The notes beneath the pieces were generated by a model. The model was not told the DNA's origin. It saw only the letters and a program-made list of their open reading frames with translations, and made no database searches. Shown here in pieces: positions 1 through 5,410 of a stretch of 7,643 nt of DNA. How positions within the stretch are numbered: the first letter of the stretch is position 1; each line of letters opens with the position of its first letter. This DNA is from a virus, in the IMG/VR virus record IMGVR_UViG_3300008222_000107. One strand, written 5' to 3'. The translations under genes and the position numbers were made by a program.

Positions 1-123
1 GGCTTCACGCATTAATTTTGGATAAAGAATAAAACCATCATCATCAAGGATTAATTCTCCAGTATCATCTGTAGAGCCTTCATCAGTTTCAGGAGTGAAT
101 TTTTTTCTTTCTGAAACTGAATA
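1..123. repeat. Terminal redundancy, left copy (identical to 7521-7643)
   Basis: ggcttcacgcattaattttggataaagaat...ttttttctttctgaaactgaata is read identically at both ends of the window. It lies inside an open reading frame, so it reflects circular closure or assembly overlap and is not an LTR or att repeat. Confidence 0.97.
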
Positions 124-501
124 ATTATAATATTTTTCAGGTAAATGATTTTTTATAGAATCTATACCTTCGCTGTCTAAGTCCTCAGGCTTGAAAACTT
201 TGGCATCAGAAGGAAAAACATCTTGTACTTCATCCATGATAATAAAAGCCTTTACAGGCATCCACCAAAACCATCTACGCCATAAAAACAAACCCTTTTC
301 GGTCTGACTAGATAAGCGCCAAATATCAGCAGAATCAGGGAAAACTTCATTTAGTTCAATTTCAATAGATTCTTTCGTTAACATGCCCTCAATATTAGTA
401 ACAACAACACGACCAGCACGAAGCGCTGGGAGCATTTCAAACCAAACTGCACTAGCAGATTTAAAAGAACCTGGTGCACCGTGAAAAATTTTCGCAGCCA
501 T
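1..501 (-). CDS. zot: Zot / gene-I (pI)-like assembly ATPase, N-terminal P-loop half. The gene continues across the circular junction into 7520-6717, for 434 aa in total.
   Basis: Hand translation of the minus strand from ATG 501-499 gives MAAKIFHGAPGSFKSASAVWFEMLPALRAGRVVVTNIEGMLTKESIEIELNEV...AFIIMDEVQDVFP...LYPKLMREA. There is no stop down to base 1. The frame joins the listed ORF 6717-7532, whose MREANMRHRKYNWDII follows directly. Walker A is GAPGSFKS (480-457) and the Walker-B-like motif is FIIMDE. The N-terminus closely resembles V. cholerae Zot as I recall it (HGAPGSYKTSGALW..LLPAIKSGRHIITNVRG). The SD is GAGGA, 10 nt upstream. The start overlaps the upstream stop as TAATG. Confidence 0.9.
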   Translation of the reverse strand, partial: MAAKIFHGAPGSFKSASAVWFEMLPALRAGRVVVTNIEGMLTKESIEIELNEVFPDSADIWRLSSQTEKGLFLWRRWFWWMPVKAFIIMDEVQDVFPSDAKVFKPEDLDSEGIDSIKNHLPEKYYNYSVSERKKFTPETDEGSTDDTGELILDDDGFILYPKLMREA

Positions 502-926
502 TAGAAAATAGTCCTCATAACAAAACGTGTCATATAAGCATTAAGCAATAAATTAAGACCATCAAACAAACGCATATCAACAAAAGCCTGTCTAACATCC
601 TGAGGTAATGCACTAATCTGTGCAGTTATTTGAGACATAATGTTTAAATCAATAATGATTTCTTTACCCACAATCCAAGAAAACTTTAAAGCTTCAAGAT
701 AAGCAAATAATTTTGCTTTTACATACCATTTAACAGCCCAAGACCAAAAGCGATGCCATAAAGTAGGAGTATCATCAAATAAAAACTTCCAAAACAAAGA
801 AATATTGTCAGCAAGCATTTGAGAAGTACCAGCCGCATCTTGATAAGTATCCGCATAAGCAATATACGGAAATAAATAAAACAAAATAAAAAATGAAAAG
901 CTTAAATAAAACCCTTTATTAAACAT
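501..926 (-). CDS. pVI-like hydrophobic minor virion/membrane protein (141 aa)
   Basis: It sits between the pIII-like and Zot-like genes, the gVI/ace position. The protein is very hydrophobic and aromatic-rich (MFNKGFYLSFSFFILFYLFPYIAYA..., WHRFWSWAVKWYVKAKLFAYLEALKFSWIV). TAATG overlaps at both ends (924-928 and 499-503) suggest translational coupling. Function is assigned by position only. Confidence 0.6.
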   Translation of the reverse strand: MFNKGFYLSFSFFILFYLFPYIAYADTYQDAAGTSQMLADNISLFWKFLFDDTPTLWHRFWSWAVKWYVKAKLFAYLEALKFSWIVGKEIIIDLNIMSQITAQISALPQDVRQAFVDMRLFDGLNLLLNAYMTRFVMRTIF

Positions 927-2302
927 TATCTTTTTCCCCCAAGTAACACGAACGCGGCAATTAAAGAACAGATAAGCATGACAGGAGCAGCAAGCAATTT
1001 AAAAAAGTACGAAAAACGACTTAATGACATATCAAAAGTCCCTTTAGTTAAAACAAGGTTTCTTGCTTCATAACCACCAGCCGCAGCGGTAATTGTAAAC
1101 ATTGCACTAGCTTCAGATCTAATCGTTGATATTTCCGCTTTAACATCAGCTTTTAATTGAACAATTTCAGCCTCTAAAGCAGCTGTTTGAGCATCTCCAA
1201 ACATTTCATCGAATTTTGTTCTATCAATAGGTTGTGTTGTTGTTGTATAAGTCATTTTTTCACCAAGTTCACCAATACCATCTTCTAAACCTGACATGTC
1301 AATATTAACTACAGTTGAATTAGTGTCACCGTCACCATCAGAGATAGGATCATCTTTTCCATCACCATCACTATCTAAATCATCCTCATTTTTTATACCA
1401 TCACCATCTATATCTGGATCATCATAATCTGGTAAACCATCACTATCAGTATCAGTATCGTAACAAGCAAAAACATCGTTCACATAACCGCAACCCTCTT
1501 GGCAATTAGTTCCATCAGAATCACAAACATCATCAGGATTAGCAGGACAAGTAAGAAGGTTGCCTGAGGTCGTACATTCACCATCAACAGGTAGTTCTCC
1601 AATTGAACCGTTATCATCTAAAGTCGGATATGTTTCAGAATAGCAATCACCTTCTAAATCCATTTGATAAACAGAGTTTCCACCACCAACATCAACGGCA
1701 TTATATTTACAAACTGAACCGTCAGACTGAGTAAAACAACCGACAGCATCGGTTACTTGAATATTTAAAACAGAATTACCAGAAGCTGAATTACATGAGT
1801 CATTTAAATTTAAATCAGCAGGTTTAGCACAACCAATAACTTTTTGCTCACCATCAACATCACCAAGAACAGGGTAAGTGTGCTCTGGATACTCTGGAAT
1901 ATTAGGACATATACGGGAATCACTCACCTCAACAAAGCTTGCATTAATATCAGTACTTATCGTTTTATCAGTATCATAAGTGCAAGCAAATTGTGGTCGT
2001 TTGTATGTTTCGCTATTGGCATTCCATTGTTGAAAAGTACAACTTTCAATAGCGTAAGAGCCTGACAAGTATGCAATAGCTGCTTCCTCAGCAGCACCAA
2101 TTTGAAAGCCTTCTGCAGAACATGTTGTTGTATTTATACTGTATTTTGAATAAGACCATTCATCACAAACTTCCATATCAGGAGGCTTAAGCTCCGCAAA
2201 ATCTGAGATATCTGCAGATGAAAAAAAAGGCACAAAAAAAGCGACTATAAAAGCCGCCTTTAATGTGAGTTTGCGGCAATAATTAACTGGTTCTAATTGC
2301 AC
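926..2302 (-). CDS. pIII-like receptor-binding / adsorption minor coat protein (about 458 aa from GTG 2302; the track ORF starts at TTG 2344)
   Basis: It is the largest structural ORF and lies directly after the major coat gene. The track start at 2344 is a TTG with no SD. GTG at 2302-2300 is preceded by GAGGG with 8-nt spacing. The GTG start gives the signal peptide M-QLEPVNYCRKLTLKAAFIVAFFVPFFSSA / DISDF. The N-terminal region has 16 Cys between track residues 60 and 294. An Asp-rich repeat linker follows (DTDTDSDGLPDYDDPDIDGDGIKNEDDLDSDGDGKDDPISDGDGD). The C-terminus has a hydrophobic anchor and basic tail (FFKLLAAPVMLICSLIAAFVLLGGKR), as in pIII C-domains. Confidence 0.75.
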   Translation of the reverse strand: MQLEPVNYCRKLTLKAAFIVAFFVPFFSSADISDFAELKPPDMEVCDEWSYSKYSINTTTCSAEGFQIGAAEEAAIAYLSGSYAIESCTFQQWNANSETYKRPQFACTYDTDKTISTDINASFVEVSDSRICPNIPEYPEHTYPVLGDVDGEQKVIGCAKPADLNLNDSCNSASGNSVLNIQVTDAVGCFTQSDGSVCKYNAVDVGGGNSVYQMDLEGDCYSETYPTLDDNGSIGELPVDGECTTSGNLLTCPANPDDVCDSDGTNCQEGCGYVNDVFACYDTDTDSDGLPDYDDPDIDGDGIKNEDDLDSDGDGKDDPISDGDGDTNSTVVNIDMSGLEDGIGELGEKMTYTTTTQPIDRTKFDEMFGDAQTAALEAEIVQLKADVKAEISTIRSEASAMFTITAAAGGYEARNLVLTKGTFDMSLSRFSYFFKLLAAPVMLICSLIAAFVLLGGKR

Positions 2303-2366
2303 TCGAAAAGCCCTCGACAAAACAATATGTAAAAATAGTCGCAAACATCAAAGAAGTAAGCACGAA

Positions 2367-2558
2367 TTAACGACCTAACAACTTGATAACAATGCCAACA
2401 CCAGTAACAACAGCAGCAATAGTTAAAACAACAACAACTGCAGCAGTAGTGTTAGTTGTACCATCAGTGCCAGCGGCAGTAATAGCGGTAGAGTGATCAA
2501 CAGCAAAAGCGCTAACCGATGCAAAACTGGCAGAGCCAAAAGCTAATAAACGTTTCAT
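2367..2558 (-). CDS. Major coat protein (gVIII-like), 63-aa precursor
   Basis: ATG at 2558-2556 is preceded by AAGGGGA with 5-nt spacing. The track's longer ORF begins at a GTG at 2600 that overlaps the upstream stop and lacks an SD. The signal peptide is MKRLLAFGSASFASVSAFA. The mature ~44-aa protein is VDHSTAITAAGTDGTTNTTAAVVVVLTIAAVVTGVGIVIKLLGR. It has an acidic/polar N-terminus, an Ala/Val/Gly-rich helix and a basic C-terminus (K, R), the classic inovirus coat layout. Confidence 0.85.
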   Translation of the reverse strand: MKRLLAFGSASFASVSAFAVDHSTAITAAGTDGTTNTTAAVVVVLTIAAVVTGVGIVIKLLGR

Positions 2559-2599
2559 AATATTCCCCTTAGGAACAAAGTTAAAAAAAAAGTAAAACA

Positions 2600-2989
2600 C
2601 TATGTTTTACCTAAAACGCGAAGCACACGCCCAATGGAGTGACCCGCAATAAATCCGATTAAACAAATCGCATTGAAATAAGCGAAATCTTCACCCGAAA
2701 ATTCAAATAAATCTGTCAAAGTAGCAATAACACCATCTTGATTAATTGCGTCATATTCAGATTTAGAAAGTAGAATCAAGCCAGAAGGGCAAGATTCGAC
2801 TGAAACACTGTCTATTCTCAAATTGCCATTTGTTTCTTCTGATAAACAATAAGAAGCATTAGCATTGAAAATAAAAAAGACCATCACCAAAAAAATAAAA
2901 ACTTTAAAAAATGGAAAAGTTGTTTTTCTAGGTTTAAAAGTAAAATAAACCTCATCAATGACTTTTTTATTTTGTTGGTGACTGGTCAT
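2600..2989 (-). CDS. Hypothetical membrane protein (129 aa) with an N-terminal signal/TM segment and a C-terminal TM plus basic tail; possible minor coat or assembly protein
   Basis: ATG at 2989 lies 5 nt after the stop of the upstream gene. The N-terminal hydrophobic segment FPFFKVFIFLVMVFFIFNANA is followed by a soluble ~60-aa domain. The C-terminus is FAYFNAICLIGFIAGHSIGRVLRVLGKT. It occupies the gVII/gIX position, between the gV-position gene and the coat gene. I recognise no sequence family. Confidence 0.5.
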   Translation of the reverse strand: MTSHQQNKKVIDEVYFTFKPRKTTFPFFKVFIFLVMVFFIFNANASYCLSEETNGNLRIDSVSVESCPSGLILLSKSEYDAINQDGVIATLTDLFEFSGEDFAYFNAICLIGFIAGHSIGRVLRVLGKT

Positions 2990-2994
2990 AAAAA

Positions 2995-3297
2995 CTAAGA
3001 TGCCTTAGGCAAATCAAAACCGACAATTTTCATTGTCATAATGCCTTTTTTTACTGCAGTTTCTACTTCACACAATATTGAAGATGGAACTACACCAGTA
3101 GAAGCAAGTTTTTTAGATAATGCGTTTTCATTATTTGTGCAGATTGTAACTTTAGCTTGTTGTTGACCAACATCGATGCGATCAGCTTCAATTGTATTAG
3201 CAATAGAGTTATCTAAAATAAAAGCATTGGCATATAGCATTCCATTATCTTCGATTTTTCCCGCTGATATGCGCAGAATTTCTAGTGGAATTTTCAT
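2995..3297 (-). CDS. Hypothetical 100-aa protein in the gV position; candidate ssDNA-binding protein
   Basis: It is the first gene downstream of the strong minus-strand promoter at 3354-3382. SD AAGG lies 10 nt upstream of ATG 3297. The protein is small and soluble with no TM segment, and it lies immediately upstream of the coat module. Function is inferred from size and position only. I see no recognisable similarity to Ff gVp. Confidence 0.55.
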   Translation of the reverse strand: MKIPLEILRISAGKIEDNGMLYANAFILDNSIANTIEADRIDVGQQQAKVTICTNNENALSKKLASTGVVPSSILCEVETAVKKGIMTMKIVGFDLPKAS

Positions 3298-3333
3298 ATA
3301 TATTTAACCTTAAATTATTATCAGTGAAACAAC

Positions 3334-3380
3334 GACACGTTGAAACTAAAATTAATATAGACACTCAGTTTCAATGTGTC
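3334..3380. promoter_or_regulatory. Candidate operator: 13-bp inverted repeat GACACGTTGAAAC (3334-3346) / GTTTCAATGTGTC (3368-3380), 12 of 13 complementary, with a third TGAAAC at 3325-3330
   Basis: Read directly from the sequence. The right arm overlaps the -35 element and spacer of the minus-strand promoter. The left arm lies just downstream of its predicted start site. Confidence 0.4.
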
Positions 3381-3382
3381 AA
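3354..3382 (-). promoter_or_regulatory. Sigma70-type promoter for the structural/assembly operon (gV-position gene through zot)
   Basis: The minus strand reads TTGACA (3382-3377), a 17-nt spacer CATTGAAACTGAGTGTC, then TATATT (3359-3354). The -35 is consensus, the spacing is optimal and the -10 matches 5 of 6. It lies about 55 nt upstream of ATG 3297. Confidence 0.6.
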
Positions 3383-3391
3383 TTTTTATTT

Positions 3392-3419
3392 TTGACAAAA
3401 AGACTATAATTGATATACA
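3392..3419 (+). promoter_or_regulatory. Candidate divergent promoter for the 63-aa regulator gene
   Basis: The plus strand reads TTGACA (3392-3397), a 16-nt spacer, then TATACA (3414-3419), preceded by TG at 3411-3412 (extended -10-like TGaTATACA). This -35 lies back to back with the minus-strand -35, 9 nt apart, forming TGTCAA-n9-TTGACA. The -10 is imperfect, so confidence is modest. Confidence 0.35.
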
Positions 3420-3452
3420 ACAAATATGTTACATACAAAAAAGCAGTAAAAT

Positions 3453-3644
3453 ATGTCAAAAACAAAAACGGTAAGAATGAAACATGAGGATGCTTTCATT
3501 GTAGAACAAGCAGCAAGAGAGCTTGCAGCTGAGTTACAACAGGAAGTTATAGTTAGTCAATTATTAAGGGAATTAATGAAAGATGTACCAAAAGCAAAAG
3601 AAAGACTTAAAAACAAACTTATTAAACTTAGCGAAAAAAAATAA
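3453..3644 (+). CDS. Small 63-aa putative transcriptional regulator, ribbon-helix-helix (CopG/Arc/MetJ)-like pattern
   Basis: It is the only plus-strand gene. It is divergent from the structural operon and convergent with rep. MSKTKTVRMKHEDAFIVEQAARELAAELQQEVIVSQLLRELMKDV fits a short beta strand (TVRM), helix, turn, helix, followed by a Lys-rich tail. Its own terminator follows. The SD is weak. The fold is assigned by pattern only. Confidence 0.55.
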   Translation: MSKTKTVRMKHEDAFIVEQAARELAAELQQEVIVSQLLRELMKDVPKAKERLKNKLIKLSEKK

Positions 3645-3660
3645 AATAAGCTTTAGAAGA

Positions 3661-3712
3661 TTAAAAAAAAGATTACAAAATTAATTTGTAAAGGGGTGAT
3701 TTAATCACCTCT
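3661..3712 (-). terminator. Candidate terminator for rep (the convergent, bidirectional partner)
   Basis: On the minus strand the 3712-3692 hairpin is followed by a second hairpin: TTACAAA (3691-3685), loop TTAAT, TTTGTAA (3679-3673). Then comes TC plus a T8 run (3670-3663). The second stem is AT-only, so its strength is uncertain. Confidence 0.4.
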
Positions 3713-3723
3713 TTTATTTTTAT
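3692..3723 (+). terminator. Rho-independent terminator for the regulator gene
   Basis: AGGGGTGA (3692-3699), loop TTTAA, TCACCTCT (3705-3712). This is an 8-bp stem with one G-U pair on the plus-strand transcript, followed by TTTATTTTTAT. The rep stop codon (3703-3701) sits in the loop. Confidence 0.6.
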
Positions 3724-5278
3724 AATCATAAATTGCCCTATCAAAAACATTCATATTAATACGAGTAAAATCACCAGTGATTAAATGATTTTTATGTTCA
3801 TTTTTAATTTTACTTTTATATGGATTTGAGAGAGATTTGTTTTCAGTGCTGATCCAGTTATCAGTATTAATTTGTAAATCTTCTGAAACTGTATTTCTAT
3901 TTGAAAAATTATCATAATATTCTTCAAAACTATCATATTCATTGTTAAATAATAATTGAGCGATAGCTTTAGAACCACCATTTTCGGCAAGCTGACAAAC
4001 AACAGAACGAAGTTTGTTTTTTAAAATAAATTCCCATTCTTCAGGGGTTATGTAACATAGAAAATCGGCTTTATCTTCCTCTTGAGATATTATATCTTCA
4101 TCAGAAGAATCTTTACCAAGTTCAAAAAATGCCCTTAAACCTTTTGACCATTTAATTAACGTAGTGCCAACAAAAGCACGAGCATAATGCAAAAATAAAA
4201 TTTTATTTTTTTGTCTTTCTTCTTTATCTTCTAATTCAATTGAATTGCTCAATAAATCCCAAGGAGATGAAGATTTTTTACGCCCTGTTTTTGTATTGCC
4301 TTTTGTCATTTCGTCTGCCATATCCCAAGTGACTTTTTTACCTGTTTTAGTTTCTAAAAATTCATCATCTGAGCCAAATTTAGTAATATATTCCCCTGCT
4401 TTTTCACCGTTTGAAATATCAAAACCATACTCATTAGGACAATTAAGACCAGAACGGACAACCATAGTTTTCCATCGATTAAATAACCATAAATAATCAA
4501 AATTATCCTGTTTGGTTGGTATTTTAATTTTACTAAAAATAATAATATGGAAATGAGGATGCCAACCATTAGAACCATGGCGAACTTCAAAAGATCTAAT
4601 ATTACCGACAACACCAAACCTATTTTTGAATTTGCGCATAGGAGCACCAGCCCAAAACTTAGCGTTGGAAAAAGAAATTTTTTCTTTTAATTCGTCCAGC
4701 ATATCTCCAGCATTATGAGGAGCTGTTAAGGTAATCATTGAAATTTTTAATTTTTGTGCTTTGGCAATGTTGAAAGCGACACGCATTTCATTCGATTTTC
4801 TTTCAGTAATTTTAGCTGAGCAAACAGGACAAGTACGAGAATTTGCACAAGTTAAAAGACCACTAAAAAAAGCTTTCCCATTGGTTTTAGATTTAACAAT
4901 GTCAACGGTTTGAGATTTTCGAAATTTTGTACAAGTGCAAGTTCTATGATGAACATCATAGCCTTTTGCATTAACGGGAACATTTGAACCATGAAAACCA
5001 TACAGGATATTAGCAGCAGCATCTTGTAATTTATAACGAGTTTCTCTAGCTAAATTTACAGCATCTTTTTGATTGATAGCCCCATGTATAAGGCTTTCCC
5101 CTGTTGAAAAATCAACATATTCATTTTTTTTTCTAGTGTATTTTTCAGGGGGGGTACATAACTCCGTAGCATTACCGAGAGCGCTACTCGCTTTTCCTCG
5201 TTGCTCAGGCTTCGCCCTCGTCAACGCTCGCACGCGCTTCAAAGGTTGAAAAGAGGATTTTTGTTGATTATACTTCAT
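3701..5278 (-). CDS. Rolling-circle replication initiator (HUH endonuclease), pC194/Rep_1-like motif set, 525 aa
   Basis: Motif 1 is ISMITLTAPHN (the FLTLT type). Motif 2 (HUH) is WHPHFHIIIF, with H-P-H-F-H at 4561-4547, checked by hand. Motif 3 is GEYITKFGS, with candidate catalytic Tyr297 at 4390-4388. An upstream Cys cluster, LLTCANSRTCPVCSAKITERK, resembles the C..RFCP.C motif of pC194-family Reps. A long C-terminal extension follows. Confidence 0.85.
   Translation of the reverse strand: MKYNQQKSSFQPLKRVRALTRAKPEQRGKASSALGNATELCTPPEKYTRKKNEYVDFSTGESLIHGAINQKDAVNLARETRYKLQDAAANILYGFHGSNVPVNAKGYDVHHRTCTCTKFRKSQTVDIVKSKTNGKAFFSGLLTCANSRTCPVCSAKITERKSNEMRVAFNIAKAQKLKISMITLTAPHNAGDMLDELKEKISFSNAKFWAGAPMRKFKNRFGVVGNIRSFEVRHGSNGWHPHFHIIIFSKIKIPTKQDNFDYLWLFNRWKTMVVRSGLNCPNEYGFDISNGEKAGEYITKFGSDDEFLETKTGKKVTWDMADEMTKGNTKTGRKKSSSPWDLLSNSIELEDKEERQKNKILFLHYARAFVGTTLIKWSKGLRAFFELGKDSSDEDIISQEEDKADFLCYITPEEWEFILKNKLRSVVCQLAENGGSKAIAQLLFNNEYDSFEEYYDNFSNRNTVSEDLQINTDNWISTENKSLSNPYKSKIKNEHKNHLITGDFTRINMNVFDRAIYDYKNKRGD
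5246..5274 (+). promoter_or_regulatory. Candidate plus-strand promoter inside the 5' end of rep, firing antisense across the rep leader
   Basis: TTGAAA (5246-5251), a 17-nt spacer AGAGGATTTTTGTTGAT, then TATACT (5269-5274). Both hexamers match 5 of 6 at optimal spacing. The predicted start near 5281 lies just beyond the rep ATG (5278-5276). Confidence 0.5.
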
Positions 5279-5280
5279 TT

Positions 5281-5366
5281 GTCTAGCTCGCAGTCGTTGT
5301 CGTGATGATTAAAGCAAAAAGACATAAGGGTTGAATGTTTTGGCGAACGTTCAACCCGTTTTTTTG
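5281..5366 (+). ncRNA. Candidate ~85-nt antisense RNA (countertranscript) complementary to the orf91-rep intergenic leader, including the rep ribosome-binding region
   Basis: It is bounded by the promoter at 5246-5274 and the intrinsic terminator at 5328-5365 on the same strand. No plus-strand ORF lies in the interval. The ends are predicted, not measured. Confidence 0.4.
5328..5366 (+). terminator. Textbook rho-independent terminator on the plus strand
   Basis: GGGTTGAATGTT (5328-5339), loop TTGGCG, AACGTTCAACCC (5346-5357). This is a 12-bp stem with one G-U pair on the plus-strand RNA, followed by G plus T7 (5359-5365). On the minus strand the same stem has an A-C mismatch and the T-run lies 7 nt away. 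It therefore reads best as a plus-strand terminator. Confidence 0.65.
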
Positions 5367-5410
5367 CTTAAAATATAATAATCTAAATATTCATACTAAA
5401 CCAGAAGTTA

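Noticed and set aside
1-123. Terminal direct repeats as att sites, LTRs or a cos-type redundancy
   Set aside because: The repeat lies within the zot-like coding frame, which reads continuously through the junction. It is best explained by circular-genome overlap in the assembly.
1844-2065. 73-aa plus-strand ORF antisense to the pIII-like gene
   Set aside because: It is entirely nested opposite a strongly supported gene. The composition looks junk-like, with no SD or promoter. It is probably an artefact of the low stop-codon frequency on the antisense strand.
2382-2388. CTTGATA, the pC194/phiX174-type nick-site core, within CAACTTGATAAC
   Set aside because: It is on the window plus strand, antisense to the genes and so not the expected viral strand. 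It lies inside the coat gene, and a 7-mer is expected about once by chance in this much sequence. No matching motif was found in the intergenic regions on the coding strand.
2559-2600. N-terminal extension of the coat ORF (MFYFFFNFVPKGNI...) as listed in the track
   Set aside because: The listed start is a GTG overlapping the upstream stop, with no SD. The ATG at 2558 has AAGGGGA at proper spacing and gives a canonical signal peptide.
3405-3410. Perfect TATAAT on the plus strand upstream of the regulator gene
   Set aside because: The only good -35 (TTGACA, 3392-3397) is just 7 nt away, and nothing -35-like or TG-extended lies at proper spacing. The TGaTATACA alternative was preferred, though this remains uncertain.
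3781-4002. 73-aa minus-strand ORF in an alternative frame within rep
   Set aside because: It is nested out of frame inside rep. The peptide is low-complexity and Ile/Lys/Leu-rich, as expected from AT-rich sequence, and has no translation signals.
4245-4496. 83-aa plus-strand ORF antisense to rep
   Set aside because: It is nested antisense to the conserved Rep core, has no SD and resembles no protein I recognise.
4354-4647. 97-aa minus-strand ORF in an alternative frame across the Rep HUH region
   Set aside because: It overlaps the catalytic-motif region of rep out of frame. It is a hydrophobic, low-complexity product of T-rich codons.
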